Source: an uncultured Actinomycetota bacterium (lineage in GTDB: Bacteria > Actinomycetota > Actinomycetes > CAVWCF01). From it: a stretch of DNA of 64,000 bases. The notes below the pieces were generated by a model. The model did not search any database and was not told the origin of the DNA. It was given only the letters and a program-made list of their open reading frames with translations. Where the stretch lies: NCBI GenBank assembly GCA_963753435.1, contig CAVWCF010000001.1, forward strand, positions 1,248,001-1,312,000, written 5' to 3'. Shown piece by piece: positions 17,239 to 27,838 of this stretch; the first letter of the stretch is position 1; each line of letters starts with the position of its first letter. The position numbers were made by a program, and so were the translations under genes.

Positions 17239-18765
17239 TCAGGTGCAGACGGTGTCAGCCGGCGGCAAAGCGCCGGTCAACAGGTACTCGTCAACTGCGT
17301 CGTCGATGCACCTGCTGCCACGGGTGTACGCCGTGTGCCCGTCGCCGTCGTACGTGAGCAGTGAACCGGACTCCAGTTGATCGGCCAGGTTGATCGACCA
17401 TTGATACGGCGTGGCCGGGTCCCGGGTCGTGCCCACCACCAAGATCGGTTCCGCCCCCGCCGCCGTGATCGGGGCCGGCAGCGACTCCCCACGAACCGGC
17501 CAGTTGATGCAGGACAGGCCACCCCAGGCGATGTACTCACCGAACCGCGGTGACACGGCCGCGAACTCCACCGCGTCGGCACGGATGCTGTTCAGATCGC
17601 CGGACTGGGGTCGGTCCAGGCAGTTGACCGCCACGATGACCTCGTTGGCGTTGTTCGCGTAGCTGCCGTCCTCCTGCCGGTCGGCGTAGATGTCCGCCAG
17701 GGCCAACAGCAGGCCACCATCGCCATCGAAGGCGTTCGCCAAGGCGTCGCGCAGAATCGGCCAACCGGAGGTCTCGTCGTACATGGCGGTGATGACGCCG
17801 AGCACGACCAGCGATTCGGTGACCGGGCGACCCGACTGCGACGACAGCGGCTGCCGATCCGCGGCCGCGAACAGGTCCTCGATCTGCTGCAAAGCCGCCG
17901 ACTTGGGTTCGACGAGCGGGCAGTCGCTGCGGGTGTAGCAGTCGTCGATGAACGCCGCCAGGGCCTGCTCGAAGCCGACCGCCTGCGTCTTGCCGACCTC
18001 GCGGCCGGGAACGGCGGGATCTACCGCGCCGTCCAGCACCAAGCGGCCCACCCGCTCCGGGAACAAGCCGGCGTAGGTGGCCCCGAGGAAGGTTCCGTAG
18101 GAGGCCCCGAAGTAGTGCAGTTGGGCGTCGCCGACCACCGCTCGGATGATGTCCATGTCGCGAGCGGCGTCCTTGGTGCCGATGTGCGGAAGCAGGCGGG
18201 CGCCCTGGGCCTGACAGCCGTCGATGAAGTTCAGCGTGATGGCGACCGCGCCCTGCTCCTCCTCCGGCGTGTCCGGGGACCCGTCGAAGGCAAGAAGCTC
18301 ATCCAGCTCAGCATCGTCGATGCATTCGAGTGGCTCACTGGAGCCGACCCCGCGCGGATCGAACCCGACGATGTCGTACGCCGCGCGGATCTGCCTGGTG
18401 ACGATGCGGTCGGCCGCCGCGGCGTACTCGAGGCCGCTCGAACCAGGTCCACCCGGGTTCACCAGCAGGGAGCCGATCCGCGCGTCCGGGTCGTCGGCGG
18501 GGCGCCGATTGACCTGCAACTGGAGGCTGCCGGCACCCGGGTCGTCGTAGTCCAATGGCACCTCGACGGCTGCGCAGAAGAACCCGTCGCCGCAGTCGGA
18601 CCATTCCGGCGTCTGCGTGTAGAAGGCGGTCAAGTCCGCAGGAGCACTGGCGGTGGCCGCCGGGTTGGGCGACGGCGACGCCGACTCGGCCTGCGTCGAG
18701 CCCAGCGTGCAGCCGCTGAGGAGCAGCGCCGCCCCGACCGCCAGCGCAGCCGACTTGGTGAGCAC
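17239..18765 (-). CDS. Lipoprotein alpha/beta hydrolase, TAP-like peptidase (Hip1/SlpD family)
   Basis: Lipobox LSGC, NPGGPG, FDPRGVG, GASYG nucleophile, DPATP and GHTAY. AAGGAG RBS before GTG 18765. Confidence 0.92.
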   Translation of the reverse strand: MLTKSAALAVGAALLLSGCTLGSTQAESASPSPNPAATASAPADLTAFYTQTPEWSDCGDGFFCAAVEVPLDYDDPGAGSLQLQVNRRPADDPDARIGSLLVNPGGPGSSGLEYAAAADRIVTRQIRAAYDIVGFDPRGVGSSEPLECIDDAELDELLAFDGSPDTPEEEQGAVAITLNFIDGCQAQGARLLPHIGTKDAARDMDIIRAVVGDAQLHYFGASYGTFLGATYAGLFPERVGRLVLDGAVDPAVPGREVGKTQAVGFEQALAAFIDDCYTRSDCPLVEPKSAALQQIEDLFAAADRQPLSSQSGRPVTESLVVLGVITAMYDETSGWPILRDALANAFDGDGGLLLALADIYADRQEDGSYANNANEVIVAVNCLDRPQSGDLNSIRADAVEFAAVSPRFGEYIAWGGLSCINWPVRGESLPAPITAAGAEPILVVGTTRDPATPYQWSINLADQLESGSLLTYDGDGHTAYTRGSRCIDDAVDEYLLTGALPPADTVCT

Positions 18766-18830
18766 GTGAACTCCTTCGCGGTGACCGGGCTGCCGAAGCA
18801 TTCGACGGCGCAGGTCCGTCATCGGATCCA

Positions 18831-20015
18831 TCATGCGTTCACCCGTCGTGGCGAAGTGGCCCGCGCCAGCGCCACCGCCATCGACTCCAGCACCAACTGC
18901 TCATTCGCTTCGGTCTCGCGCAGGGCGGTGCGCGCCGCGGTGACGGCGTCGATGCGCCGCAAGGTGGCCTCCGGGGTGCTGTCCCGCGCGGTGTCGGCGG
19001 CCTCACGGCTCAAGTCGGCGTGCACCGCCTCCTGGCCGGTGGACAACTGCAGCGCCAGGACGTCGCGGTAGAACGCGAGAACGTCCAGCAAAGCCAGGTC
19101 GATGCTGTCCCGGCGCAACCGCTTGCGACGCGCGGCATGGTCCTTCTTCAACTGGTCCAACGGCCCCTTGGCGCCACGGGGCAGGCGCGTGCTGCCCGCT
19201 AGTACGCCCAGCGACGCGGAGAGGTCCGCGACTTCCTGCTCCTCCCGCGGGGCACTGACCAAGTCCGCCTCTTCGCTGGCGGCCTCGACCAGGTTCGCCG
19301 CGACGTCCAAGCAGTCGCCAAGTCGGTCCAGGTGCAGCGGCAGTCGCAGCACCTCCGCCCGCCGCAGCCGGGCACCCTCATCCGTCGCCAGCCGCCGCGC
19401 CCGCCCCACGTGTCCCTGGCACGCCCGGGCCACGAAAGCGGCCATGGCCGGATCGACCTGATCTCGGCGCACCAGGATCTCGGCCACCTCGCCCGCGGTC
19501 GGGGTGCGCAGGCGAATATGGCGGCAACGCGACTGCAGCGTTGGCAGCAGGTCCTCGGTGCTCGGGGCAGCCAGCAGCCAGACCGTCCGCGGTGGGGGTT
19601 CCTCCAGCATCTTGAGCAGCGCGCTGGCAGCGGAGTCGTTGAGCCGGTCCGCGTCCTCGATGCTGATGACGTTCCAGCGGCCATCCGCCGGAGCACGCGC
19701 GGCCCACGCCGTCGCCTCGCGCACCTGCGCCACCTGGATCTGCGACTTCTCCGTGTAAACGTTTCGTACGTCCGGATGCGTTCCAGCCAGCACGGTCCGG
19801 CAGGCGGCGCACTCCCCGCAGCCATGCTCGCGGCACTGCAGAGCCGCCGCCAAAGCTCGCGCCGCGGTGGTGCGACCGGATCCCGGCGGTCCGGTGAACA
19901 GCCAGGCATGCGTCATGGCCGGTCCGGGCTCGGCCGCATCAGCGGCGTCGCGAACGGCTGCGACCAGGCTCTCGATGACCGCCTGCTGGCCAACCAGCGA
20001 ATCAAAGACGCTCAC
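18831..20015 (-). CDS. holB: DNA polymerase III delta' subunit
   Basis: HAWLFTGPPGSGR, Zn module C...CGEC..C, HPD, LLKMLEEP and SRC. Follows tmk. Confidence 0.95.
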   Translation of the reverse strand: MSVFDSLVGQQAVIESLVAAVRDAADAAEPGPAMTHAWLFTGPPGSGRTTAARALAAALQCREHGCGECAACRTVLAGTHPDVRNVYTEKSQIQVAQVREATAWAARAPADGRWNVISIEDADRLNDSAASALLKMLEEPPPRTVWLLAAPSTEDLLPTLQSRCRHIRLRTPTAGEVAEILVRRDQVDPAMAAFVARACQGHVGRARRLATDEGARLRRAEVLRLPLHLDRLGDCLDVAANLVEAASEEADLVSAPREEQEVADLSASLGVLAGSTRLPRGAKGPLDQLKKDHAARRKRLRRDSIDLALLDVLAFYRDVLALQLSTGQEAVHADLSREAADTARDSTPEATLRRIDAVTAARTALRETEANEQLVLESMAVALARATSPRRVNA

Positions 20016-20635
20016 CGGGCCACCCGGGCCGACACGGCCGCGTAGGCGGCCTCGGCGATCTCGTCCGCCGGTCGCGCAGCATCCAGAACCACATAGCGGT
20101 TCGGGTCACTGGCCGCCAGTGCCAAGAAGTGTTGCCGCACCCGGTTGTGGAACTGCAGTGGTTCCGCCTCCAACCGGTCCGTTTCCCCAGCCGCTCGTTG
20201 CAGGCCGGTGACTGGGTCGACATCGAGCAGGACGGTGAGGTCCGGAAGCAGCCCATCGGTTGCCCATTCGGACAGGTTGCGGATCTCGTCCACGGACAAC
20301 TCCCGACCGGCCCCTTGGTAGGCGATCGAGGAGTCCATGTACCGGTCGGTCAGCACCACCGCGCCGCGCCGCAGCGCTGGCCGAACCAGCGTGTCCACGT
20401 GCTGGGCGCGGTCGGCGGCGAACAACAGGGCCTCGGCGCGCGGTGCCAGCCCGTCGGTGTCCCGACTCAAGAGCACCTGGCGGATCGCCGCCCCCACGAC
20501 CGTGTCCCCCGGCTCGAAGGTGGTGACCACCTCGCGGCCGTCCGCACGCAACCGCTGCGCAACCCGGCTGATCTGGGTCGACTTGCCCGACCCCTCCCCG
20601 CCTTCGAAGGCAACGAAAAGGCCCGGCTCGGTCAC
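20012..20635 (-). CDS. tmk: Thymidylate kinase
   Basis: FEGGEGSGKST, LFAADRAQH and DRYMDSSIAYQG. Confidence 0.96.
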   Translation of the reverse strand: MTEPGLFVAFEGGEGSGKSTQISRVAQRLRADGREVVTTFEPGDTVVGAAIRQVLLSRDTDGLAPRAEALLFAADRAQHVDTLVRPALRRGAVVLTDRYMDSSIAYQGAGRELSVDEIRNLSEWATDGLLPDLTVLLDVDPVTGLQRAAGETDRLEAEPLQFHNRVRQHFLALAASDPNRYVVLDAARPADEIAEAAYAAVSARVAR

Positions 20636-20661
20636 GCACGCACCCTAGGCGAGGGTGGCGA

Positions 20662-23304
20662 CTACGACTTCTTGGCCGCCTTCTTGGCGGTCTTCTTCGT
20701 GGCCGACTTGCCGGCGGGCTTGCGAGTGGACTTCTTCGCCGTCCGTTTCGTTGACGGGTTGGCCCGCTTCTCCGCGAGCAGTTCCGCAGCACGCTCCAAG
20801 GTCACCGCCTCCGGGGCGTCGCCCTTGCGCAGCGTGGCGTTGGTTTCCCCATCGGTCACGTAAGGCCCGAATCGGCCTTCCTTCACCACCACCGGCTTTC
20901 CAGTCGCCGGGTCCTCACCCAACTCGCGCAACGGCCCAGCCGCCGCACGACCCCTGGCCTTGGGTTGCGCCAGCAATGCCAGCGCCTCCTCGTTGGTGAT
21001 CGCGAAGATCTGCTCCTCGCTCTCCAGCGAGCGGGTGTCCGAGCCACGCTTGATGTATGGCCCGTACCGGCCGTTGGTCGCCACGATGTCCACACCCTCG
21101 GCGTCCTGGCCCACGAGCCGCGGCTGCGACAACAACCGCACTGCGTCGTCCAACGTCACCGTGTCCAGGCCCATCGAGTCGAACAGCGAAGCCGTCTTGG
21201 GCTTGTCCTTGCTGCCCTCCGCCAGCACCTCGGTCACGTACGGGCCGTACTTGCCGGACTTGGCCAGCAACATTCGCCCGGTCTCCGGATGGGTGCCGAG
21301 TTCCCGGTCGCCGCTGGGGGCGTCCAGCAACTCGATCGCCCTGGCGGGAGTCAATTCGTCCGGTGGCAACTCCTCGGGCACCGAGGCGGTCCGCAGTTCT
21401 CCAGTGGACTCATCCACCTGCTGCAGGTACGGACCGAACTTGCCGACGCGCAGCACAATGCCGTCGGCAATGGGCAATGAGTTGACCGCCTTGGCGTCGA
21501 TCTCGCCAAGGTTGGAGACCATCGGGTGCAACCCCCGGAACCGCTCCGGCTCCCCGTAATAGAAGAGCCTCAGGCTGTCGCGGCGGGCCTCGTCTCCGGA
21601 GGCGATGCGGTCGAGGACCTCCTCCATCTGCGCAGTGAAGTCGTAGTCCACCAACTGGCCGAAGTGCTGCTCCAACAAGCCGACCACGCTGAACGCCACC
21701 CAGGACGGGACCAGGGCGGTGCCGCGCTTGAAGACGTAGCCACGGTCGGTGATGGTGCCGAGGATGGACGCGTACGTGCTCGGCCGGCCGATCCCGCGCT
21801 CCTCCATGGCCCGAACCAGCGTCGCTTCGGTGTACCGCGACGGCGGTGAAGTCTCGTGGCCTTCGGGATTGAGGGTGGCGATCGTCACCGTGTCGCCGAC
21901 GCTCAGCGGCGGCAACCGGCGCTCATCGTCTCCTTCGGCCGGCTCGTCGCGCCCCTCCTCATAGACCGCTAGGAAACCGCGATCGGTGAGCACAGTTCCG
22001 GAGGCGGCGAACTCGACGTCCTCGTCGGCGGCGATGCCACCCAGCCGCAGGGACACGGTCACCCCGGTCGCGTCGTTCATCTGGGACGCGACGGTGCGCT
22101 TCCAGATCAGTTCGTACAGCCGGAACTCGTCGCCGCTCAGCTGGCTGGACAACTCCCCCGGCGTGCGGAACCGGTCGCCGCTGGGCCGGATCGCCTCGTG
22201 CGCCTCCTGCGCGTTCTTGGCCTTGCGTGCGTACTGGCGCGGCGCATCGGGCAGGTTCTGGGCTCCGAAGACCTCCGTCACGGCCGCCCGAGCGGCCGCA
22301 AGCGCCGTGGTCGAAAGCGTGGTCGAGTCGGTGCGCATATAGGTGATGTGACCGTTTTCGTACAGCCGCTGGGCCACCCGCATCGCGGTCTGCGCAGTCA
22401 TGCGCAGCTTGCGGCTGGCCTCCTGCTGAAGCGTCGATGTCATGAACGGCGCCGCGGGCCGCCGCCGGTACGGCTTGTCCTCGACGGACCGGACGGTCAG
22501 GGCCGAACCCTGCAGCGCCGTCGCGAGGGACCTGGCCTTGGTCTCGTCCAGCACCACGATGCCGGCCTTGGCCGCCCCGTCGGAACCGAAATCCCGACCG
22601 GTGGCGACGCGGGTGCCCGCGACGGTGACGAGGCGGGCCGGGAAGGCGCCCGGTTCGCAGAGCGCTTCCAGGTCCCAGTACCCGGCTTGGACGAAGGCGA
22701 TGCGCTCGCGCTCACGTTCGACCACCAAGCGAACAGCGACCGACTGCACGCGACCGGCGGACAGCCGCGGCAACACCTTCTTCCACAGCACGGGGCTTAC
22801 CTCGTACCCGTAGAGACGGTCGATGATGCGGCGGGTCTCCTGTGCGTCCACCAGGTCCTGGTCCAGATCGCGCGTGTTCTGCGCAGCATCCTGGATGGCG
22901 GCCTTGGTGATCTCGTTGAACACCATGCGGCGGACGGGGACCTTCGGCTTGAGCACCTCCAGCAGGTGCCACGCGATCGCTTCGCCTTCGCGGTCCTCGT
23001 CGGTGGCCAGCAGCAGTTCGTCCGCCTCGGCCAGTCGCTGCTTGAGCTCCTTGATCCGGGCCTTCTTCTCCGCGGGCACCACGTACAGCGGCGCGAAGTC
23101 TTCTTCGATGTGGACGCCCAACTTCGCCCACGGCTCCTTCTTCAGGGTGGCCGGAACGTCGGCAGCCCGCTGCGGCAGGTCGCGGATGTGGCCTACCGAG
23201 GCCTGGACCTCGTATCCGGGGCCGAGGTAGCCCTGGATGGTCTTGGCCTTGGCCGGCGACTCCACGATGACGAGGCGGCGGGGAGTGTCGCTTGGGACGG
23301 CCAC
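20662..23304 (-). CDS. topA: DNA topoisomerase I (type IA) with Lys-rich C-terminal tail
   Basis: IVESPAKAK, DEDREGE, SAGRVQ, ITYMRTDS and AHEAIRP, plus actinobacterial GRYGPY repeats. Confidence 0.98.
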   Translation of the reverse strand: MAVPSDTPRRLVIVESPAKAKTIQGYLGPGYEVQASVGHIRDLPQRAADVPATLKKEPWAKLGVHIEEDFAPLYVVPAEKKARIKELKQRLAEADELLLATDEDREGEAIAWHLLEVLKPKVPVRRMVFNEITKAAIQDAAQNTRDLDQDLVDAQETRRIIDRLYGYEVSPVLWKKVLPRLSAGRVQSVAVRLVVERERERIAFVQAGYWDLEALCEPGAFPARLVTVAGTRVATGRDFGSDGAAKAGIVVLDETKARSLATALQGSALTVRSVEDKPYRRRPAAPFMTSTLQQEASRKLRMTAQTAMRVAQRLYENGHITYMRTDSTTLSTTALAAARAAVTEVFGAQNLPDAPRQYARKAKNAQEAHEAIRPSGDRFRTPGELSSQLSGDEFRLYELIWKRTVASQMNDATGVTVSLRLGGIAADEDVEFAASGTVLTDRGFLAVYEEGRDEPAEGDDERRLPPLSVGDTVTIATLNPEGHETSPPSRYTEATLVRAMEERGIGRPSTYASILGTITDRGYVFKRGTALVPSWVAFSVVGLLEQHFGQLVDYDFTAQMEEVLDRIASGDEARRDSLRLFYYGEPERFRGLHPMVSNLGEIDAKAVNSLPIADGIVLRVGKFGPYLQQVDESTGELRTASVPEELPPDELTPARAIELLDAPSGDRELGTHPETGRMLLAKSGKYGPYVTEVLAEGSKDKPKTASLFDSMGLDTVTLDDAVRLLSQPRLVGQDAEGVDIVATNGRYGPYIKRGSDTRSLESEEQIFAITNEEALALLAQPKARGRAAAGPLRELGEDPATGKPVVVKEGRFGPYVTDGETNATLRKGDAPEAVTLERAAELLAEKRANPSTKRTAKKSTRKPAGKSATKKTAKKAAKKS

Positions 23305-23428
23305 GCGTTCCCTTCTTAGAGCACTAGTGGGCGGCGGTAGGGGACAGTAGACGGATGCCGGTTGTCAAACGGCGGCGACCGGGCTGGTCCGCCTGCCCCG
23401 TAGGGGCAGACCCCGGCGCGTCGCGGCC

Positions 23429-24481
23429 TCAGAGTTGCCGAGGGTTGGCCGCGAAGAAGTCCAACATGAGCGCGTTGGCGTCGATCGTGGCCGTGGTCAA
23501 GCCGCAGCATTCCTCACGAGCGGCTGCCGCAGCTCCCGGCCAGGTGTGCCCTCCCTCGGCGATCGAATACTGCTGCACGTCCACGCCGGCGCAGCCGTCC
23601 CAGTCCCGCAGGCTCACATCCGGCGGGGTCTCGGTGTCGGCGAAGTCACCACAACTGGCTCGCTGGGCCCAGGCCGCAGCCACCTCCATGGCGGGCCCGT
23701 TGTAGAAGTCGCCGTTCTCCGGCGCTTCGGCGATCCCGTCGTAGGACACGAAGAAGTCGGCCGTCCCGTGGAAACCCAGGTAGGCGACGGGCCGCCCCTC
23801 CGGGCAGGGCCGGACCAGGTTCGCGCCCGCGATCGGCGCGATGCCGGCCACGACGTCGGAGCTGCAGGCCAACCATGCTGGGAAAGCACCGCCGGCGGAG
23901 ATGCCGGTCGCGTAGACACCGTTCAGGTCCAGACAGGCGATGCCACCCACTTCGGCCAGCAGCGCTTCGACGAACGCGACGTCGTCGGCAGGGGTTTCAA
24001 AGCCGGGCACATTCCAGGCGGCGGGCAACTCCCCCTGCGGAGTAGTGCGCGACAAGCCCTGCGGGGTGAGAACGGCGAACCCACGGGCGTTGGCGTCGGC
24101 CACGAGGCCGGTGTACTGCTCAATGTCGTCGATGGTCCCGCCGGTTCCGTGGAACAGCAGGATGACCTTTGTCGGCTCATCTGCGGAGTAGTCGGACGGC
24201 GCGGTGAATCGATAGGCCCTGGAAACCTCTTGGTCCTCCAGCGTGGCCTCGTATGCCTGTCCCGGCTGGATCTGCCCGGTCGCCGACCCGCACCCCGCGG
24301 ATGCGGCCGCCACCGCGGTGGTATCGGGATCGCCCTTGGTGGCATCCGTTGTGGTGGAGCCCTCAGTCGCAGTAGCCCGGAAGCCGAACACGGCCGCAGC
24401 CAGCACGGCCAGACCAACAAGGCCGAACAACCACGAGGTCCGGGCGTCACCGCCGAACGGGCTGGCAGGGTTGCGGGACAC
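23429..24481 (-). CDS. Membrane-anchored/secreted esterase, PHB depolymerase (LpqC/LpqP) family
   Basis: LFHG.GG, DDVAFV, GISAGG nucleophile, HGTAD and GGHTWPG. Confidence 0.88.
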   Translation of the reverse strand: MSRNPASPFGGDARTSWLFGLVGLAVLAAAVFGFRATATEGSTTTDATKGDPDTTAVAAASAGCGSATGQIQPGQAYEATLEDQEVSRAYRFTAPSDYSADEPTKVILLFHGTGGTIDDIEQYTGLVADANARGFAVLTPQGLSRTTPQGELPAAWNVPGFETPADDVAFVEALLAEVGGIACLDLNGVYATGISAGGAFPAWLACSSDVVAGIAPIAGANLVRPCPEGRPVAYLGFHGTADFFVSYDGIAEAPENGDFYNGPAMEVAAAWAQRASCGDFADTETPPDVSLRDWDGCAGVDVQQYSIAEGGHTWPGAAAAAREECCGLTTATIDANALMLDFFAANPRQL

Positions 24482-24570
24482 GCGAAGAGCATAGGTAGCA
24501 GTGGGCGCCCCGGCCCTTCGGCCGGGGCGCCCACTGCAATTTGGCTTAGCGGATCACCACGATCAGTGAC

Positions 24571-26895
24571 TTAGGACTTGGCGTCCACCCGATCGGCTTG
24601 GTCGCCCACGGAGATCGGCCGGCGCTTGGAAATCCAGACCGAAACAACAACGATCAGCACAGCAGCCCCGGCGATCAGCCAGCGAAGCGCATCGTTCTTG
24701 TCCTCGCCGATAGTCAGCTGAACAGCCAGCGGGGCCACGAGCAGAGCCACCAGGTTCATCACCTTCAGCAATGGGTTGATGGCCGGGCCAGCGGTGTCCT
24801 TGAACGGATCGCCAACTGTGTCACCGATGACGGTGGCGTCGTGCGCATCGCTGCCCTTGCCGCCGAAGTGGCCATCCTCAACATGCTTCTTGGCGTTGTC
24901 CCAGGCGCCACCGGAGTTGGCCAAGAAGACCGCCATGAGCACGCCGGAGGCGATCGCGCCGGCCAGGAACGCGCCCAGGGCACCGATGCCGATGGAGAAG
25001 GCCACTGCGATCGGGGTGAGCACGGCCAACAGGGCCGGTGTGGCCAACTCGCGAAGCGAGTCACGGGTGCAGATGTCCACGACCTTGCCGTACTCCGGCT
25101 TGGCGGTGCCTTCCATGATCCCGGGGATCTCGCGGAACTGGCGACGCACCTCGAAGATGATGGCGCCAGCGGCGCGGGAAACCGCGTTGATCGCCAGGGC
25201 CGAAAAGAGGAACACGACCGAGCCGCCGATGATCAGGCCGACAAGCGTGTTGGGCTGGCTGATGTTGAGGCTGAAGTTCAAGAACTCCGTACCCGTCAGT
25301 TCGTCCAACTCAAATCCTGCGTCGCGCAAGGCCTCAGCCACCGCGGTGTTGAACGACCCGAACAGCGCCGTCGCGGCCAGCACGGCCGTCGCGATGGCGA
25401 TGCCCTTGGTGATGGCCTTGGTGGAGTTACCGATCTGGTCCAGCTTGGTCAGGATGACCGCCCCCTCGCCCTGCACATCGCCAGACATCTCCGCGATGCC
25501 CTGGGCGTTGTCGCTGACCGGGCCGAAGGTGTCCATCGAGACGATGACCCCGACCGTGGTGAGCAGGCCGGTACCCGCCAGGGCCACAGCGAAGAGCGAC
25601 AAGAGGATGACCCCGCCACCGAGCAGGTAGGCGGCGTAGACCGCCGACCCGATGAGGAGCGCGGAGTAGACCGCGGACTCCAACCCCAGCGAGATGCCGG
25701 ACAGGATCACCGTGGCCGGGCCGGTGAGCGAGGTCTTGGCGACGTCGTCCACGGGACGGCGGCCGGTCTCGGTGAAGTACGCGGTCAACTGCTGAATCAC
25801 AACCGCGAGCACGACACCGACGAGCACCGCCAGCAGTGCGAACAGGCGCGGGTCGCCACCAAGGCTGGCGATTTCCTCCGGGGCGCCGGACAACTCCGAG
25901 TAGGTGCTGGGCAGGTACGTGTACGTCAGCGCCACGACACCGGCCACGGAAATGAGTGCCGACAAGAAGAAGCCCCGGTTGATCGCGGTCATGCCGGAGC
26001 GGTCATTCGGGCTGGGGCGCACCGCAAAGATGCCGATCACCGCGGTGACCACGCCGATGGCCGGTACGGCCAGCGGGAACACCAAGCCCTCGGTACCGAA
26101 GGCCACCGAGCCCAGGATCAGGGCCGCGACCAGGGTCACGGCGTAGGACTCGAACAGGTCCGCGGCCATCCCAGCGCAGTCGCCGACGTTGTCACCGACG
26201 TTGTCAGCGATCGTGGCGGCGTTGCGGGGGTCGTCCTCGGGGATGCCCTGCTCGACCTTGCCGACCAGGTCTGCACCTACGTCGGCGGCCTTGGTGAAGA
26301 TGCCGCCGCCGACACGCATGAACATGGCCAGCAGCGCCGCACCGAAGCCGAAGCCCTCAAGGACCTTGGGCGCTTCGCCCTGGTAAACCAGCACGACGAT
26401 CGCGGCACCGAGGAGGCCGAGGCCGACGGTGAACATGCCCGCCACACCACCGGTGCGGAAGGCGATCCGGGTGGCGGCCAGTTCGCCGCTTGTCCGGGCA
26501 GCTGCCGCGACACGCACGTTGCCGCGAACCGCCAGCCACATGCCGGTGTAACCGGTGACGGCGGAGAACAAGGCCCCGACGAGGAAGAAGATCGACCGGC
26601 CCAGGCGCTCACTGTTGGAGTCGGCCGGGAGCAGGAACAGCAGTCCGAAGATGATCACGGCGAACGGCAGGATCGTGCGGAACTGCCGGTTCAGATAGGC
26701 GGCCGCACCCTCCTGCACGCCCTTGGCGATCTCTTTCATGCGGTCGGTGCCCTCATCGGCGGCCAATACCTCGCGGGCCAGCAGGCCCGCAACGCCCAAG
26801 GCCAGAGCCGCGATGATCGCGGCAATGATGACCAGGGTGAGGTTGGTTCCGGTGAGCGACACCTCGTCGCTGATGGCGACGATGGCTGCGGACAT
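24571..26895 (-). CDS. hppA: Membrane proton-translocating pyrophosphatase, predicted K+-independent
   Basis: GGGIFTKAADVGADLVGKVE, EDDPRN..IADNVGDNVGD and GDTVGDPFKDT. GNSTKA has Lys at the position that determines K+ dependence. Confidence 0.96.
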   Translation of the reverse strand: MSAAIVAISDEVSLTGTNLTLVIIAAIIAALALGVAGLLAREVLAADEGTDRMKEIAKGVQEGAAAYLNRQFRTILPFAVIIFGLLFLLPADSNSERLGRSIFFLVGALFSAVTGYTGMWLAVRGNVRVAAAARTSGELAATRIAFRTGGVAGMFTVGLGLLGAAIVVLVYQGEAPKVLEGFGFGAALLAMFMRVGGGIFTKAADVGADLVGKVEQGIPEDDPRNAATIADNVGDNVGDCAGMAADLFESYAVTLVAALILGSVAFGTEGLVFPLAVPAIGVVTAVIGIFAVRPSPNDRSGMTAINRGFFLSALISVAGVVALTYTYLPSTYSELSGAPEEIASLGGDPRLFALLAVLVGVVLAVVIQQLTAYFTETGRRPVDDVAKTSLTGPATVILSGISLGLESAVYSALLIGSAVYAAYLLGGGVILLSLFAVALAGTGLLTTVGVIVSMDTFGPVSDNAQGIAEMSGDVQGEGAVILTKLDQIGNSTKAITKGIAIATAVLAATALFGSFNTAVAEALRDAGFELDELTGTEFLNFSLNISQPNTLVGLIIGGSVVFLFSALAINAVSRAAGAIIFEVRRQFREIPGIMEGTAKPEYGKVVDICTRDSLRELATPALLAVLTPIAVAFSIGIGALGAFLAGAIASGVLMAVFLANSGGAWDNAKKHVEDGHFGGKGSDAHDATVIGDTVGDPFKDTAGPAINPLLKVMNLVALLVAPLAVQLTIGEDKNDALRWLIAGAAVLIVVVSVWISKRRPISVGDQADRVDAKS

Positions 26896-27002
26896 GGGGG
26901 TCCTCTCCACGTGTCTTTATCGGCGCAGGCGGCAACACTGCCCTGCGAGTTTCGGATCACCCGGCTCAGCCGGGTAGGTCGGCGGCGGAGTCTAGCCGCC
27001 GC

Positions 27003-27416
27003 TCAGGAGCGGCTTGGCAACGGCCAGGACATGCGGATGCGCGTGCCGGTGCCGGTGTCGGTGACCTCCAGGTCCTCCACCAACCCGCGCAGCACTGCGA
27101 CGCCAAGGCCCTCGGTCAGATCCACTCCGAACAGGTCGTCGTGGTCGGCCGCGGGCGGGACCGCGCCGGAGCCGCCGGAATCCTCCACAGCTGCCACGAA
27201 CTCCTGGTCGTGCTCAAGTAGCAGGCGCACCGGTACGTCAGCGTCGGCTAGCGCCTGGACGGCGACGGCCCGCGCGCACGCCTCGCCGACCGCCAGGCGG
27301 ACTTCTTCGACCAACTCATCGGGAAGCTCCAAGCGGCGGGCCAAGGCCGTCGCTACTGCCCGAGCGGTGGCGACGTGCCCCGGCTCGGGGGGAAGGTTCA
27401 GGGAGACGACACCCAT
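27003..27416 (-). CDS. ATP-binding anti-sigma factor / Ser kinase (RsbW-like)
   Basis: VRLAVGEAC, V.DSG and GLG..VLRGLV; lies downstream of the STAS gene as in the bldG operon. Confidence 0.88.
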   Translation of the reverse strand: MGVVSLNLPPEPGHVATARAVATALARRLELPDELVEEVRLAVGEACARAVAVQALADADVPVRLLLEHDQEFVAAVEDSGGSGAVPPAADHDDLFGVDLTEGLGVAVLRGLVEDLEVTDTGTGTRIRMSWPLPSRS

Positions 27417-27433
27417 GGCTTCGGTCGCTCCGG

Positions 27434-27775
27434 TCAGGACTCGACCGCGCCGAGCGCGGTCGGCAGGTCCGGGTGGATGTTGAGGACGCCGAGCAGCCCG
27501 GCCAGCTTGAAGGGCCGTTCGACGCGGTCGGAGCCGATCGCCAGGGCGAGCCGTCCGCCGCCGTCGCTCAGGCGTTGGTGGGTGGCCACGATCACGCCGA
27601 GGCCGGTGGAGTCGATGAAGTCCAGGCCGGACAGGTCCACGACCAGCCCCGCTTCGGCCGGCTCGGCGTCAAGCGCCTCGCGCAGCCGCGGCGCGGTGTA
27701 CACGTCCAGTTCGCCGGTGGCGGTGATCACCGCCGGTCCGGACGGACTGTCCTCACGATGCACCTGCAGGTTCAA
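27434..27775 (-). CDS. bldG: Anti-sigma factor antagonist (STAS domain, BldG-like)
   Basis: GELDVYTAPRLRE and DFIDSTGLGV with the phosphoacceptor Ser. TTG start behind GGAGGAGG. Divergent from the helicase, as in Streptomyces. Confidence 0.85.
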   Translation of the reverse strand: MNLQVHREDSPSGPAVITATGELDVYTAPRLREALDAEPAEAGLVVDLSGLDFIDSTGLGVIVATHQRLSDGGGRLALAIGSDRVERPFKLAGLLGVLNIHPDLPTALGAVES

Positions 27776-27838
27776 GTAGGGCCTCCTCCGCGCGGTCAAG
27801 TGAACCATCCGACGGCGGCCAAGGGGAGAATCACGGCG

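Noticed and set aside
24598-27483. 961-aa plus-strand ORF
   Set aside because: Antisense shadow of hppA and the anti-sigma gene, typical of high-GC DNA, with no recognisable motifs.
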